From a virus, in the IMG/VR virus record IMGVR_UViG_3300007722_000007, positions 10,451-74,450 of that record: 64,000 bases of DNA. One strand, given 5' to 3'. This document shows, piece by piece, positions 18,758 through 29,007 of the stretch. Numbering within the stretch: the stretch's first letter is position 1; each line of letters begins with the position of its first letter. A program made the translations under genes and the position numbers. Under the pieces are notes generated by a model that made no database searches, had not been told where the DNA came from, and saw only the letters and a list, made by a program, of their open reading frames with translations.

Positions 18758-21700
18758 TTGTCTATTAAGGACCCCATGACTGACACGCTCTCCCCCATTC
18801 GCGATTACGAGTACAAGTCGTTAACCGGTCAATTCAATATAGATGAAGCGCTTGGGATCATTGAATGCTTCGTGGCGGGCATTGGCAATAAGGATTCCGT
18901 CGGGGATGTATGCCTTCCGGGCTGTTTTACGAACTCGCTAAAAAGAAGAAAGCCACGGGTTGTTTGGGGCCACAATTGGAACGAGCCCATTGGGAAGGTC
19001 CTTGAAATATACGAGGTCGGCCCAAACGATCCGCGGCTACCGACAAAAATGAAAAAGGCCGGCATTGGCGGACTTTATGCAAAGGTCCAATTTAATCTAA
19101 AAGCAGAAAAGGGACGCGAGGCATTTGCTAACGTCGGGTTTTTTGGGTTTGACCAAGAGTGGTCAATCGGCTACAAAACGTTAGATGCGGTATTTGATAG
19201 CACCCAGCAGGCCAACCTATTAAAAGAAGTAGAGCTGTACGAAGTCAGCCCTGTTCTCCATGGGGCGAATCAGTTGACAGGGACGATATCCATCAAGTCT
19301 GATGAGCCCGCCGCGGATCCTGCTAATAATTCAGCACTCGCCGGCCCCAATGGTGCTGAGATGAAAAACCAAGTAACTGCGATTTACGAAGCGGTTACCA
19401 ACCCTATTAATACCGTGGTTGGAAGAGCGGCGGATTTAACGCGGGCGCTGTCTGCGCACTTTGGCGGCCCCGTTCGCCTGGTTAGTGCCGACCACGATAT
19501 TGCCATCTTTGAAATGGGAGCCGGACAATCTACGGAAACGATGCGGGCCACATACCATTACGACGGTGATGAATTCATGTTTGGAACAGCGCAACAGGTG
19601 CGACCAGAAACAATTTATATTCCTATTCATTCTTCGCTGGGTAGCAGGGAAAATGGGGAAACAATCGCGCCCGGCATCACATTGGCGATGCTACCGGCAA
19701 TCGGCCAAAATATTCTGGATGTGCTGACATTCTCGGCCGATAAAAAGGATAGTTGCTGTGATGAGTGCGCTATCCACGGCGGCTCTTGCGGGGATTCAAA
19801 ATCGGCGATGACCCTGTCCGAGTTCAAATTAGCGAACCCTGGCACCCATGTAATTATTAGTCCAACCGATCCGGTGGAATCGGCGGATATTTTTGACACA
19901 GTTAGAACGGTTAGCGAATATCACGGCTTCTCAATAAAAATTTTGACCGAGGGGATTGTTGTTCAAAACTACGACACCCTGCAACCAGATGCCATAACCG
20001 CAATCACGACCGTACTCAGCGGCATTGAGGCAAAGGGGCTACGACCAAGTCTCAATAGACGGCGTACAAACATGAACCCGATGACGGCCCGCAACGCCGA
20101 CAATGATGAATTTGTCTTAGAGGGAATCCCGACAATTAATAGGGGTCGCGGGGTTATCGATCCAACGCCGGGGAGCGATGCAAATGTCCCCAATTTGAAC
20201 CGAAATCGTCGCGGGGCCGAAATGATGCCATCGGTGCCACAGCCGCGCGAGGTCCCCGAAGAAATTCCTGAAGTTGCGCCAGCGATACCGCGTAGGAAGC
20301 CAGACGAAGAACCCGAAAAAGTTCCAGAAAAAGTTCCAGAAAAAGAACCTCAAAAGGAACCAGGGCGTCCACCACCGATAACCGTTCCACCAGAACGCGA
20401 ACCATGGAAGACCCCGCCGCGCCCCGTGCCAAAACCGGAACCAGCGCCGACGCCGCCACCAAGACCAGTAACGCCTCCGATTCCAGAGCGACCAAGGGTC
20501 CCAGATGCACCACCAGTGCCAGTACGGCCACTAGTCCCTGTCGGCCGGGCAAGCACGGCTAATCCGAGCGGGAGCATGAGCTCTTCTCTTGAGAGCATAG
20601 ACACCGAGATGGATGCCATTAACCGACGATTAGCTACCGCCTCGCTAACTAACACCTTTGAAAATACGAACCGTTCAGCTCCGGAATTGATCCGGGACAG
20701 ACGAAGACTACAGCAGCTGATCCAGCAGCGGTACGCAATTGAGCGGAGTAGAGGAAACGATGCAAGCTCATTCACTGGGGAAAAACTGCCGGACGCTGTT
20801 TCCGCGCGCGGAAACATTGGCGGCTCTAGGCAGGCCCAAGCGGAATTGGCGAGAAATATATACCTAGCTCGCCAGCACGGTGGGATGTCTCTCGATCAAG
20901 CATCACACGAATTTGGAAAAACCAGAGAAGAAATTAGACAGTTGGAAGTACGCCACATAAGCTCGCTGCGGAATCTCGGCGAAACTCATCCAAATAGATT
21001 GTCGCGCAGAGCGCTGGACAATCCGTCCATCCCGCTTTCTAGCGATTCTATCGATTTGTTGAAGCGCAGACTTGATGGGGAGACACTCGACGAAGCAGCA
21101 CAGAGACTTGGGACTGACAGATATTCCGTTCGTAGATCAGAACAACTAGCCTTATCAAAATTGCGAAATTTTTTAGAATTAAATGACGATATAGATCTGC
21201 CAGTCGGAATGCAATTAGCAATTGACGCGCTGGCAATGGCGGAGGACGTCAGCGATTTAAAAGACGATAACGCCAATCAGGATTTAACGGATGCGGTACC
21301 CGATGTTGTATCGGGGAATTTTGGTACCGATGCCCCAACTGGGTCGATGGCGTCAATCTTGCGGATGTCATCAGATAATGACAATGAGCGGAGCGGGCCA
21401 GACGAAAAATTAAATAGACGCCTTTACGACAAATACGGCGATGACTCGATTGATAAACTTGCAAAAGATAACGATCTTTCCAAGAATGAAACTATTGCGC
21501 GAATTCGTGGCCATGCAATAAATCTCTCAGCATCCGAGAGCCCGCGACGCGCCGAGATGCGCTCCCTTGTAAATAGACACCGGGATTCTGTAACGGAATC
21601 CGATAGAAGAATATTAAAATTACGCCTCAACGGCGCATCCCTGGTCGACACAGCCGACGAAACCGGTTTATCGCGGGAGGAAGTACGGCAACGAGAACAA

Positions 21701-24700
21701 AAGGCTATTTCTAAGCTTAGGAAACTATCTGGGTTGGCGGATGATCAGCCAACGGTGATCCGGTCGACATTCGGAGCCGACGAAAATGGACCTTATATTG
21801 TTCAAGCACTGTCGGACGGAACGGAATCAACCCGCACAATCGGGCCAACGGAATTTGACAAACAGTTTAATTATGCATCCGCAACATCTTCCTTTGATGA
21901 ATTCGCACGAATATTAGAGGATGATAATTTCAACAGCAGTCCAAGCGGATCAATGAAATTCGGCACCAAAAAACACAGGGCCGGCGACTCGGTGGCAACT
22001 CTTAATAAAGACGGAGAATACGAGAACTACGACATACAAATTGATAGAACGAATCCGGATAAACCGTTTATTCGCGCTCGGCGCGCGTCGTATCCGGAAA
22101 TTGGACAAAAACCAATTCATGAATTAATTGGCGAGCGTATGCCAAACGGTCCAGAATTTGATGACGGTCAGAACACTTACTGGACACGCCACCAGGATCA
22201 TCACGCATTTGTTTCGTCGGCAGAAGCTGATATTCTGGAAATCGCATCAAAAACAGGACCAATAAAATTTAAGGACGGCATAATCTCCGGTCATTATGTC
22301 GACGGTAATGGAAAGGAAATTAATTTCTCGATTACGCCGTCTCTTACTACAGGTCGGGATAGCGGCCGGAATCTTGTTTTATTTAATTCCAGCGAAAGCG
22401 AATTCGGTATTCAGTTCCACAACGCCGGGAAGGTTGAAAACGTCGTCCCCAATGTCATTGAAGTGGCGATGTCCGATAAGGAAAAATTGGACGCACTTCT
22501 CCAGACCGGTACTGGAAAAAGGCTGGCTACGGCCGGGCGCGGATTAACTCATCAATGGTGGAAGCAATCAACATGGCAATTCCGTTATGGAGGTAAAGAC
22601 AGTGCCTCAAAGACCATCACAAAAGATCCACAGACGGATATTATTGCCCCAGACGCCGATGACCTAATAGCCAAAGCCGACAGGCTCGGTGTTTTTAACC
22701 CAGCCGTGGACATGGGCATTGATCCAAAATCGGATCAGGGCAAAAAACTTACCGTTGTCACAAGCATCGCGAACCGATACAGCATGAGTGGGACATTATC
22801 AGAAAAACAGTGGGCCTATTTACGAAGCCTACTTAAAGGTTTTGATGACAGCGGTGTTGCGCCAAGTCGGCAGGGCGCAACAGATATCCCAATCCTCAGG
22901 GTTGACGGACCGGAAAACCTACCAGGGCCATCGGACGTGTCGCCAGAAGCCCCCGAGGACGACACATGGGCGGAGAAACTGGCAAAAGTGGATTCCGTTG
23001 ATCTTTCCGATATGACGCGTAGTCATGTAGATATGGACACCGGCGAAATAACGCGTTATGCAACGGTAAATATCGGTGATACCAGTCGCCAGTCAAACCG
23101 GTATGTTGTCGCGGACGAAAACGGCGTTCTTCGTAAATGGAATCATCCACGCGGCGCAGATCAGCAGGGCTGGGAAAGAGGCGGAGGATTACATTGGCCG
23201 GCAAATGAGGTCGGTGATGAATACGATGAACTGGTAGAGCGTGTTAACTTCCAGCGCGGTCGGGTTCCAAACGAAGAAGCCGTGATGATAAGTAGTAAGC
23301 CGTGGGTAGAGGAAGCAAGATTGCGCAGGGCGTCCGGTGAAGATATAGATGCCGAAGATGTTGAAGCTGAATATCGGGAGCTTGGACTTTACGGGATGGA
23401 CATGACGCGACCGGACGGATGGGATGAAAGCGATACCCATATTACGATAGGCAGAAATAATACCACCGAGAGCATTGTTGATGCCGTGAGCGCCCATATT
23501 AAAACCGGAAAACCGTTGCAATTTGGCTACAATAAAAACGACGGCACACCAACGACGACGAGAGTTCTGCGTTCGGCGCGGATGGGGAAAAATCCGCATA
23601 CCGGAGTCCACTATGTCATTGGCGGAGACGGCATAGACGAAAAAAATTACCGAGTAGATCGGATAGTCGGCTACGATAAAAATTTAGATAAGAACGCAAG
23701 TAAGCCTAAAACTGATCCGCCGAATACGCGATTTAGTGGAGAACGGCAGACCGGTGGCGGAAGCGGCGAACGTCGCCCGCGCGATAAGCCAGCCGATTCA
23801 GGCGAAGAAGCACGGCGAATACGGGAAGATGAGGCAGACCCCGGCGCCTGGGGCGACAATGTGGATAATGAAAACGACAGACGATCCAGGGAAAGGGCGC
23901 CTCGCGAAGAGAGAGCGCCTCGTGAAGAGAGAGAAGCGCCCAAAAAGGAGCGCTCCGGAAATACTGCGCCCCGCGAACGGGAAATGATAAGAGTCGGAAC
24001 ACGCGGGGTGATTGGAAAAACTATTGCCATTAGTGGCTCGGTTAATAATAAGGAAAAAATTGGTCAGTTATTGGATGCGGCTCGTTCTAATAATAGAGTC
24101 TCGTTTATGTACGGCAACAAACCGTATACCGTTTCGTTTCTTGATGTCGAGGCGGGCGCCTCATTATCGGAGTTCTCGGATCTGTGGTTTCTCCACGCTA
24201 CTGATAGCGACGACAATATACGGAAAAAATTTGATGTCTCTGAGATAAATATGGATAGACCCAATGATCCGGTGGCGTCGGGTAGGGCGATCGGATCAAT
24301 ACTCACCGGCGCAGAGCGAACACCGGGTAGGCGGAATTTTGTCAATATTCCGCTGGGGGTTATGGTCGCCGACCATAACAGACAGAGGGAACAAGCGCGG
24401 ATATCGCACAAAAAATCTACCGATTCCACCGACAATTCAATAAGCGGCTCCATGGACCTCACTCCGACACGAGTCAATAATTATTTTCCTCCGTCATACT
24501 GGACACCGAATAAGCATGATGCGAGATACGCAGCAATGCCCCGCGAAGAACAAGACCAAGAATTGCAAACGATTATATCCAGACTCCATTCGGATGCCCC
24601 CATTGACGCGGCGCAGACCAATGACCTCCTGGATAGATTCGCGGCTATCGATCGAGTTATGCGCACGGATGGCAAATCTTACGTCGATGAATTCGGCATA

Positions 24701-27034
24701 GAAATTGAGAGAGCCCCAAATGGGGAGTATTTGCTTACCGGCAACGTGGATATAAGCGTCTTTGAAATGGCAAATCCGTCGGGTTCAATGGGGCGTTACG
24801 CAAGGCCAACTAATTCGTCAGATCGCGCAATGGATGATTCCTATAATGCGCAAATATACAATGAGCTGAATGATTTAATGTCGTCAACTTCCGATGCGGA
24901 CGCAATAAGGCAACTTGCTCGTCGCCATGGAACGAGTGAGCATAATATACGCAGGCGACTCAATGTGGTCGACAGGGAACGCGCACGTGAAATTTCCGCC
25001 CTTGACAGGGTCGGCGATATTCAGGATGATATCGATCGTGGGGATATATTATTTGACGACCTAGAAATGACCCTTGATTTAAGCTCATCGGATTTTGACA
25101 CAGTTAGGAATATCGACTACGTATTAGGCGAGCTCGATCTCAGATACAGCAGTAATAGCCCCAGCGGGAGCATGGCATTGCGACGCGGCGAGGACCTGTC
25201 AAGCAAAACAACGGACGAACTGCGAGAGTTATTTAATGAATCAATTGAACAACTCTTTGGATCCGAGAGGCCTCATCCCAAGGATAACGCAACAAGATCA
25301 AGGTTTTTGCGGGACATTGAAAATATCGGGTCAGAAATTCAATCTAGATTCTTGGCCAGTCCAGAAGCCGTAGCAATTAGAAATAATATTAACGGGGATG
25401 ACCCAAGCGGGAGCATGTCCCTGCATCCAAGTGGAGGTCAACCCAAAATACCATTAAGCGGTAGCCGCCTAATCGATAGACGGCTTCAAAATGTGTACGG
25501 TCCAGATGATTGGGAATCTGTCGCTTTGCAAATAGGCGCAAGATTCACCAACATGGAAAATAGGGACTGGGAAAACCCATCCATGGATGACCTGATGGAT
25601 CTTCACCACCTACTAGACATGAGGGCCAGTGAAACAATCATAGTCGACGGCCTCCCGGAGGTTTTTGATGGATTTACCTATGATGTCCTTTCTATCGCCG
25701 GCGACCTAGATATAACGCCAGAGAATGTTGTTGGTTATGCGTCGCGGGGTCGCGATTTGGCCGAAATCAAGCAGATGGCCGGGATGTCCCCATTTGAGCG
25801 AGCAGAAAAAATGATCCTGATTGATAGGCGTAAGAAATTTGAAAACATGCTTGATTTGAAAAAACAAGAGCTCGGCGATGGCTACGACAGCTGGCTCGAT
25901 AGCGCGGTAGAAATAAATAACGGAATTTCATTTGATGAGAACGGCAATCCGAGAGACCGGGATTACATAGAATCACGCGGTGGGCCGTATGGCGGGTTTT
26001 TCGTATCGCCCGAAACCGGCGAGCCGGCCGATTCTAAATTAAAAGACACGCTCGGAACTTTCCTTGAAGATCTGTATAACGCCCCGTCATATCAGCCCCC
26101 CGGCGGTCCTAGCGGGTCAATGGCCTATATCGAGCAACGTTACGACATTAGGCCGAATCCAGATGGTTCGTGGTCCATAATTGATACGCATAATAATAAT
26201 TCGCCGACCGGAGAGGCATACGGAAGACGCGAGGATGCGCTAAGTGCGGCCAGACGCATGGATAGGGGGCCGAGTACGCAACGGGGCAGTTTGCGTGCGA
26301 GAAATTCTCCAAACCCACAAGCCACGCCCGATCAGGGGCCGTCACAAAGCCCGCCGGCGCAGACTCAAGATTTGACCCAAGAACAGCTGTCGTTTGATGA
26401 CGGCCCATCTGGGTCAATGATGGGGAGATTGCCTGGAAGTAAATGGATTTCAAATGACCCTCTCCGCCGCCACGGAGAAGAAGTTACGAAGCGCCATGCC
26501 GAAATAGCGATACAGAATTATCATCGTGGCCCAGCTTCAATGCCATTCGGGGGTGCCGAGGATGCGAGTAATGAAATGCTATTCAAGGGGTGGGTGGTGG
26601 CGGACTCGTCCCTAGACACCCTTTTAGGAAGACTTGAATATTTGGATAAAGTCCATACGGGAGGTTTGGATAGGGGCCGCACGGGGGGCCTAGACAGAAC
26701 CCGTATGGGTATTCCCGGGGAGCCATTTAGCACGCCGGAAATCAGGGAAAGTTACCCCGATACACCACTGGTGGATATGACTTCCGCCATCGTAACCGAA
26801 ATTGGGCATGTTCTGGCATATCTTCTCAAACTACAACGAAGGCGTAATTGGTTCCATATGAACCTAAAACGGAGAATGGAAAAGACCAATAACTACCTTA
26901 TGGCCGACCAATTTGATTCAATGAATGACAGCCGAAGCGGGATAGGCCGAGAGGAGAAAGACTCTTTGGTATCGGGTAAATTCCCACGGTATATATTGCC
27001 GTCTATCGTCAGCATGGTTGCGCAAAAATCATGA
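18758..27034 (+). CDS. HK97-family prohead protease fused to a ~2550-aa multi-module extension
   Basis: The N-terminal ~180 aa carry DSVGD, VVWGHN, PIGKV, WSIGY and LYEVSPV (His/Ser catalytic motifs). Then come a tag repeat, a Pro-rich linker and 9 GSM-delimited modules. The start may be ATG 18776. Confidence 0.88.
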   Translation: MSIKDPMTDTLSPIRDYEYKSLTGQFNIDEALGIIECFVAGIGNKDSVGDVCLPGCFTNSLKRRKPRVVWGHNWNEPIGKVLEIYEVGPNDPRLPTKMKKAGIGGLYAKVQFNLKAEKGREAFANVGFFGFDQEWSIGYKTLDAVFDSTQQANLLKEVELYEVSPVLHGANQLTGTISIKSDEPAADPANNSALAGPNGAEMKNQVTAIYEAVTNPINTVVGRAADLTRALSAHFGGPVRLVSADHDIAIFEMGAGQSTETMRATYHYDGDEFMFGTAQQVRPETIYIPIHSSLGSRENGETIAPGITLAMLPAIGQNILDVLTFSADKKDSCCDECAIHGGSCGDSKSAMTLSEFKLANPGTHVIISPTDPVESADIFDTVRTVSEYHGFSIKILTEGIVVQNYDTLQPDAITAITTVLSGIEAKGLRPSLNRRRTNMNPMTARNADNDEFVLEGIPTINRGRGVIDPTPGSDANVPNLNRNRRGAEMMPSVPQPREVPEEIPEVAPAIPRRKPDEEPEKVPEKVPEKEPQKEPGRPPPITVPPEREPWKTPPRPVPKPEPAPTPPPRPVTPPIPERPRVPDAPPVPVRPLVPVGRASTANPSGSMSSSLESIDTEMDAINRRLATASLTNTFENTNRSAPELIRDRRRLQQLIQQRYAIERSRGNDASSFTGEKLPDAVSARGNIGGSRQAQAELARNIYLARQHGGMSLDQASHEFGKTREEIRQLEVRHISSLRNLGETHPNRLSRRALDNPSIPLSSDSIDLLKRRLDGETLDEAAQRLGTDRYSVRRSEQLALSKLRNFLELNDDIDLPVGMQLAIDALAMAEDVSDLKDDNANQDLTDAVPDVVSGNFGTDAPTGSMASILRMSSDNDNERSGPDEKLNRRLYDKYGDDSIDKLAKDNDLSKNETIARIRGHAINLSASESPRRAEMRSLVNRHRDSVTESDRRILKLRLNGASLVDTADETGLSREEVRQREQKAISKLRKLSGLADDQPTVIRSTFGADENGPYIVQALSDGTESTRTIGPTEFDKQFNYASATSSFDEFARILEDDNFNSSPSGSMKFGTKKHRAGDSVATLNKDGEYENYDIQIDRTNPDKPFIRARRASYPEIGQKPIHELIGERMPNGPEFDDGQNTYWTRHQDHHAFVSSAEADILEIASKTGPIKFKDGIISGHYVDGNGKEINFSITPSLTTGRDSGRNLVLFNSSESEFGIQFHNAGKVENVVPNVIEVAMSDKEKLDALLQTGTGKRLATAGRGLTHQWWKQSTWQFRYGGKDSASKTITKDPQTDIIAPDADDLIAKADRLGVFNPAVDMGIDPKSDQGKKLTVVTSIANRYSMSGTLSEKQWAYLRSLLKGFDDSGVAPSRQGATDIPILRVDGPENLPGPSDVSPEAPEDDTWAEKLAKVDSVDLSDMTRSHVDMDTGEITRYATVNIGDTSRQSNRYVVADENGVLRKWNHPRGADQQGWERGGGLHWPANEVGDEYDELVERVNFQRGRVPNEEAVMISSKPWVEEARLRRASGEDIDAEDVEAEYRELGLYGMDMTRPDGWDESDTHITIGRNNTTESIVDAVSAHIKTGKPLQFGYNKNDGTPTTTRVLRSARMGKNPHTGVHYVIGGDGIDEKNYRVDRIVGYDKNLDKNASKPKTDPPNTRFSGERQTGGGSGERRPRDKPADSGEEARRIREDEADPGAWGDNVDNENDRRSRERAPREERAPREEREAPKKERSGNTAPREREMIRVGTRGVIGKTIAISGSVNNKEKIGQLLDAARSNNRVSFMYGNKPYTVSFLDVEAGASLSEFSDLWFLHATDSDDNIRKKFDVSEINMDRPNDPVASGRAIGSILTGAERTPGRRNFVNIPLGVMVADHNRQREQARISHKKSTDSTDNSISGSMDLTPTRVNNYFPPSYWTPNKHDARYAAMPREEQDQELQTIISRLHSDAPIDAAQTNDLLDRFAAIDRVMRTDGKSYVDEFGIEIERAPNGEYLLTGNVDISVFEMANPSGSMGRYARPTNSSDRAMDDSYNAQIYNELNDLMSSTSDADAIRQLARRHGTSEHNIRRRLNVVDRERAREISALDRVGDIQDDIDRGDILFDDLEMTLDLSSSDFDTVRNIDYVLGELDLRYSSNSPSGSMALRRGEDLSSKTTDELRELFNESIEQLFGSERPHPKDNATRSRFLRDIENIGSEIQSRFLASPEAVAIRNNINGDDPSGSMSLHPSGGQPKIPLSGSRLIDRRLQNVYGPDDWESVALQIGARFTNMENRDWENPSMDDLMDLHHLLDMRASETIIVDGLPEVFDGFTYDVLSIAGDLDITPENVVGYASRGRDLAEIKQMAGMSPFERAEKMILIDRRKKFENMLDLKKQELGDGYDSWLDSAVEINNGISFDENGNPRDRDYIESRGGPYGGFFVSPETGEPADSKLKDTLGTFLEDLYNAPSYQPPGGPSGSMAYIEQRYDIRPNPDGSWSIIDTHNNNSPTGEAYGRREDALSAARRMDRGPSTQRGSLRARNSPNPQATPDQGPSQSPPAQTQDLTQEQLSFDDGPSGSMMGRLPGSKWISNDPLRRHGEEVTKRHAEIAIQNYHRGPASMPFGGAEDASNEMLFKGWVVADSSLDTLLGRLEYLDKVHTGGLDRGRTGGLDRTRMGIPGEPFSTPEIRESYPDTPLVDMTSAIVTEIGHVLAYLLKLQRRRNWFHMNLKRRMEKTNNYLMADQFDSMNDSRSGIGREEKDSLVSGKFPRYILPSIVSMVAQKS
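20072..20170 (+). repeat. 33-aa shared tag, copy 1 (MNPMTARNADNDEFVLEGIPTINRGRGVIDPTP)
   Basis: Near-identical to 29134-29232 and 47100-47198; shares 46 identical nt with copy 2. Confidence 0.95.
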
Positions 27035-27169
27035 CAGCCCTATCCCGTGGTCCAATAATGCCATCCGCTGCCGCGGCAGTGAGAAAAGAGATAAACTTGA
27101 TTGATAAATGCATAAAATTTTCACAACAATTACAGAGTTCAAGTAATAGCAGTAAATAGATACACAAAA

Positions 27170-28993
27170 ATGACCAGCGATAGCGATCACACCCCAAAAG
27201 GCGCTGTTATGGGTTATGCTAAACCTGCACAACAAAACGGAGGTAAAGCGAAATACAACTGCATGGTAACTGGAGAGAAAAAACAGTTTCCCTGCGGCGG
27301 TTGCTCCAATCCGAAAGGTTGTCTTTCAACAACCATGCAGTTCAAGGAGCAAACAATGGCAACGGACGAAAAGTCAGTCGTAAAAATCGGTGCAGACGGT
27401 GACTTAATTGAATGTGCAAAAGGATTAGACGTAAGTGAGTGTGGTTACGTTAAGGGTCAGTTAGCTTGTGGAAAATGTGGTGCTGTTGCGGTGTCAGTGA
27501 AAGTAGACGTAGTTGAGGAAGATGAAGCGCTTGAAATAGCCGAGGATGATGAAATTATGAAAAATACGCCAGATAACGCAACACAAACTCCTACGCGTAA
27601 GCGCGGCTCACGCATTGCCCTTGAGGAAAAGGCGGCAGTGCGCGCATACGGAGATACTCTTACCGAAGAGGACGAAGCTCTTCTTGCCGAAGAAGAGAAG
27701 AAGAAGCAAAAGCTAAGAGATCTGGCCACCGAAGCCGAAGATGCGGCCGAAGCCGAAGATGCGGCCGAAGCCGAAGGTGTTGCTGAGACCGAAGGTGTTG
27801 CTGAAATCGCCGATGTGGCGTTGCCGGATCCGGCAACAGACACCGCCGACATAACTGGCGACGTGGCAGACGAGGCCTACGAGACCAGCCGCATACCGGC
27901 TGAAGAGGAACCGCAAATGGATGAAATTCTTGCGATGCGTTCGGCGCCAAGAAGAAAGAAGCCGGCCGCTCCAGTTGCGCCGGAAGCAGAAGATGACGCA
28001 CTGGTTGACGAAACCGACGACGAAGTCCCTGGCAGACAAATAATGGAGCAAAGAAGACTCCGATCAATGGGATACAAATCGGGAGAGTTTGGTGCCGATG
28101 CCTTCGTGTGTTCACTGGAGCGCAAGGTCTACTCAAGCGGCGCTGGTGTTTGTGAAGGTTGCCCAGGCGGTTGCGTAAAAGAAGGATCAATGCCTGCGCT
28201 TTTGGAGATTGAAGGTCGCGCCGAAGACATGTTCAGCGGCAAGGTTCTTGATTCCGGATACTCGGACATCGCGGATATCTTTGTTGTTGATGTTGAGCGC
28301 AAGGACGGGAAACCAATTGAGGCCTTCTTTGACGGCTCAACGGGCGAGGTTCTTGGTTGGCATATGCTAAATCAGGAAGTTCTTGAAGTCAAATCCGGAT
28401 TCCAGCCAACCGAATTGATTAGTTTTTCGGAAGCGGCGTCTATTGCAACCAAGAGCATTCAGGGTGATGTCATGGCGGTTGAGGCCGATATCTTTGAGGG
28501 CTTTGATGCGTACGCCGTTGAGATAGAGGGCATTGATGGAAAATCATACGATGTGTTCGTGTCTCTTGACGGCGATGTGCTTGGCTATGATGAGTACACC
28601 CAAGAAGAGGCTTCGTCTATTGAGGCCGAAGCCGCAGAGATAGCCCTTAAGCGTGCCTATTCAGACGAGCAACGCGCAGGACACGCATCCAAGGGGAATG
28701 CACTTCCGGATGGCTCTTTCCCAATTGTTGATGAAACCGATCTCCGTAATGCAATTACGGCCCATGGTCGCGCCAAGAACGCAGACGTTGCGAAACTGCA
28801 CATCATGGAGCGCGCCATGTCCCTCAAGCTCGAGAATTTAATTCCCGAGAACTGGATTGACGAAGAAACAAAAAAGAAGTTTGCCTCTTCGGGGAAATCA
28901 GGAGAAGACAACTTCCTATCAACGCTTCTTGAATTTGAAATGCTCGCCCAGGAAGCCGATAATTCTTCAAGTATTTACAACGAGTCAGAATAG
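27170..28993 (+). CDS. Acidic head-associated protein with Cys clusters, two PepSY-like domains and a C-terminal conserved-looking domain
   Basis: CxxC clusters; ISFSEAASIATKSIQGDVMAVEAD...YAVEIEG...YDVFVSLDGDVL is PepSY-like; C-terminal ALPDGSFPI...DLRNAI...IPENW. Confidence 0.6.
   Translation: MTSDSDHTPKGAVMGYAKPAQQNGGKAKYNCMVTGEKKQFPCGGCSNPKGCLSTTMQFKEQTMATDEKSVVKIGADGDLIECAKGLDVSECGYVKGQLACGKCGAVAVSVKVDVVEEDEALEIAEDDEIMKNTPDNATQTPTRKRGSRIALEEKAAVRAYGDTLTEEDEALLAEEEKKKQKLRDLATEAEDAAEAEDAAEAEGVAETEGVAEIADVALPDPATDTADITGDVADEAYETSRIPAEEEPQMDEILAMRSAPRRKKPAAPVAPEAEDDALVDETDDEVPGRQIMEQRRLRSMGYKSGEFGADAFVCSLERKVYSSGAGVCEGCPGGCVKEGSMPALLEIEGRAEDMFSGKVLDSGYSDIADIFVVDVERKDGKPIEAFFDGSTGEVLGWHMLNQEVLEVKSGFQPTELISFSEAASIATKSIQGDVMAVEADIFEGFDAYAVEIEGIDGKSYDVFVSLDGDVLGYDEYTQEEASSIEAEAAEIALKRAYSDEQRAGHASKGNALPDGSFPIVDETDLRNAITAHGRAKNADVAKLHIMERAMSLKLENLIPENWIDEETKKKFASSGKSGEDNFLSTLLEFEMLAQEADNSSSIYNESE
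27731..27805 (+). repeat. 18-nt coding tandem repeat (EAEDAA x2, EAEGVA, ETEGVA)
   Basis: GAAGCCGAAGATGCGGCC occurs twice, followed by degenerate copies. Confidence 0.85.
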
Positions 28994-29007
28994 ATCGGCG
29001 GTGCGGC

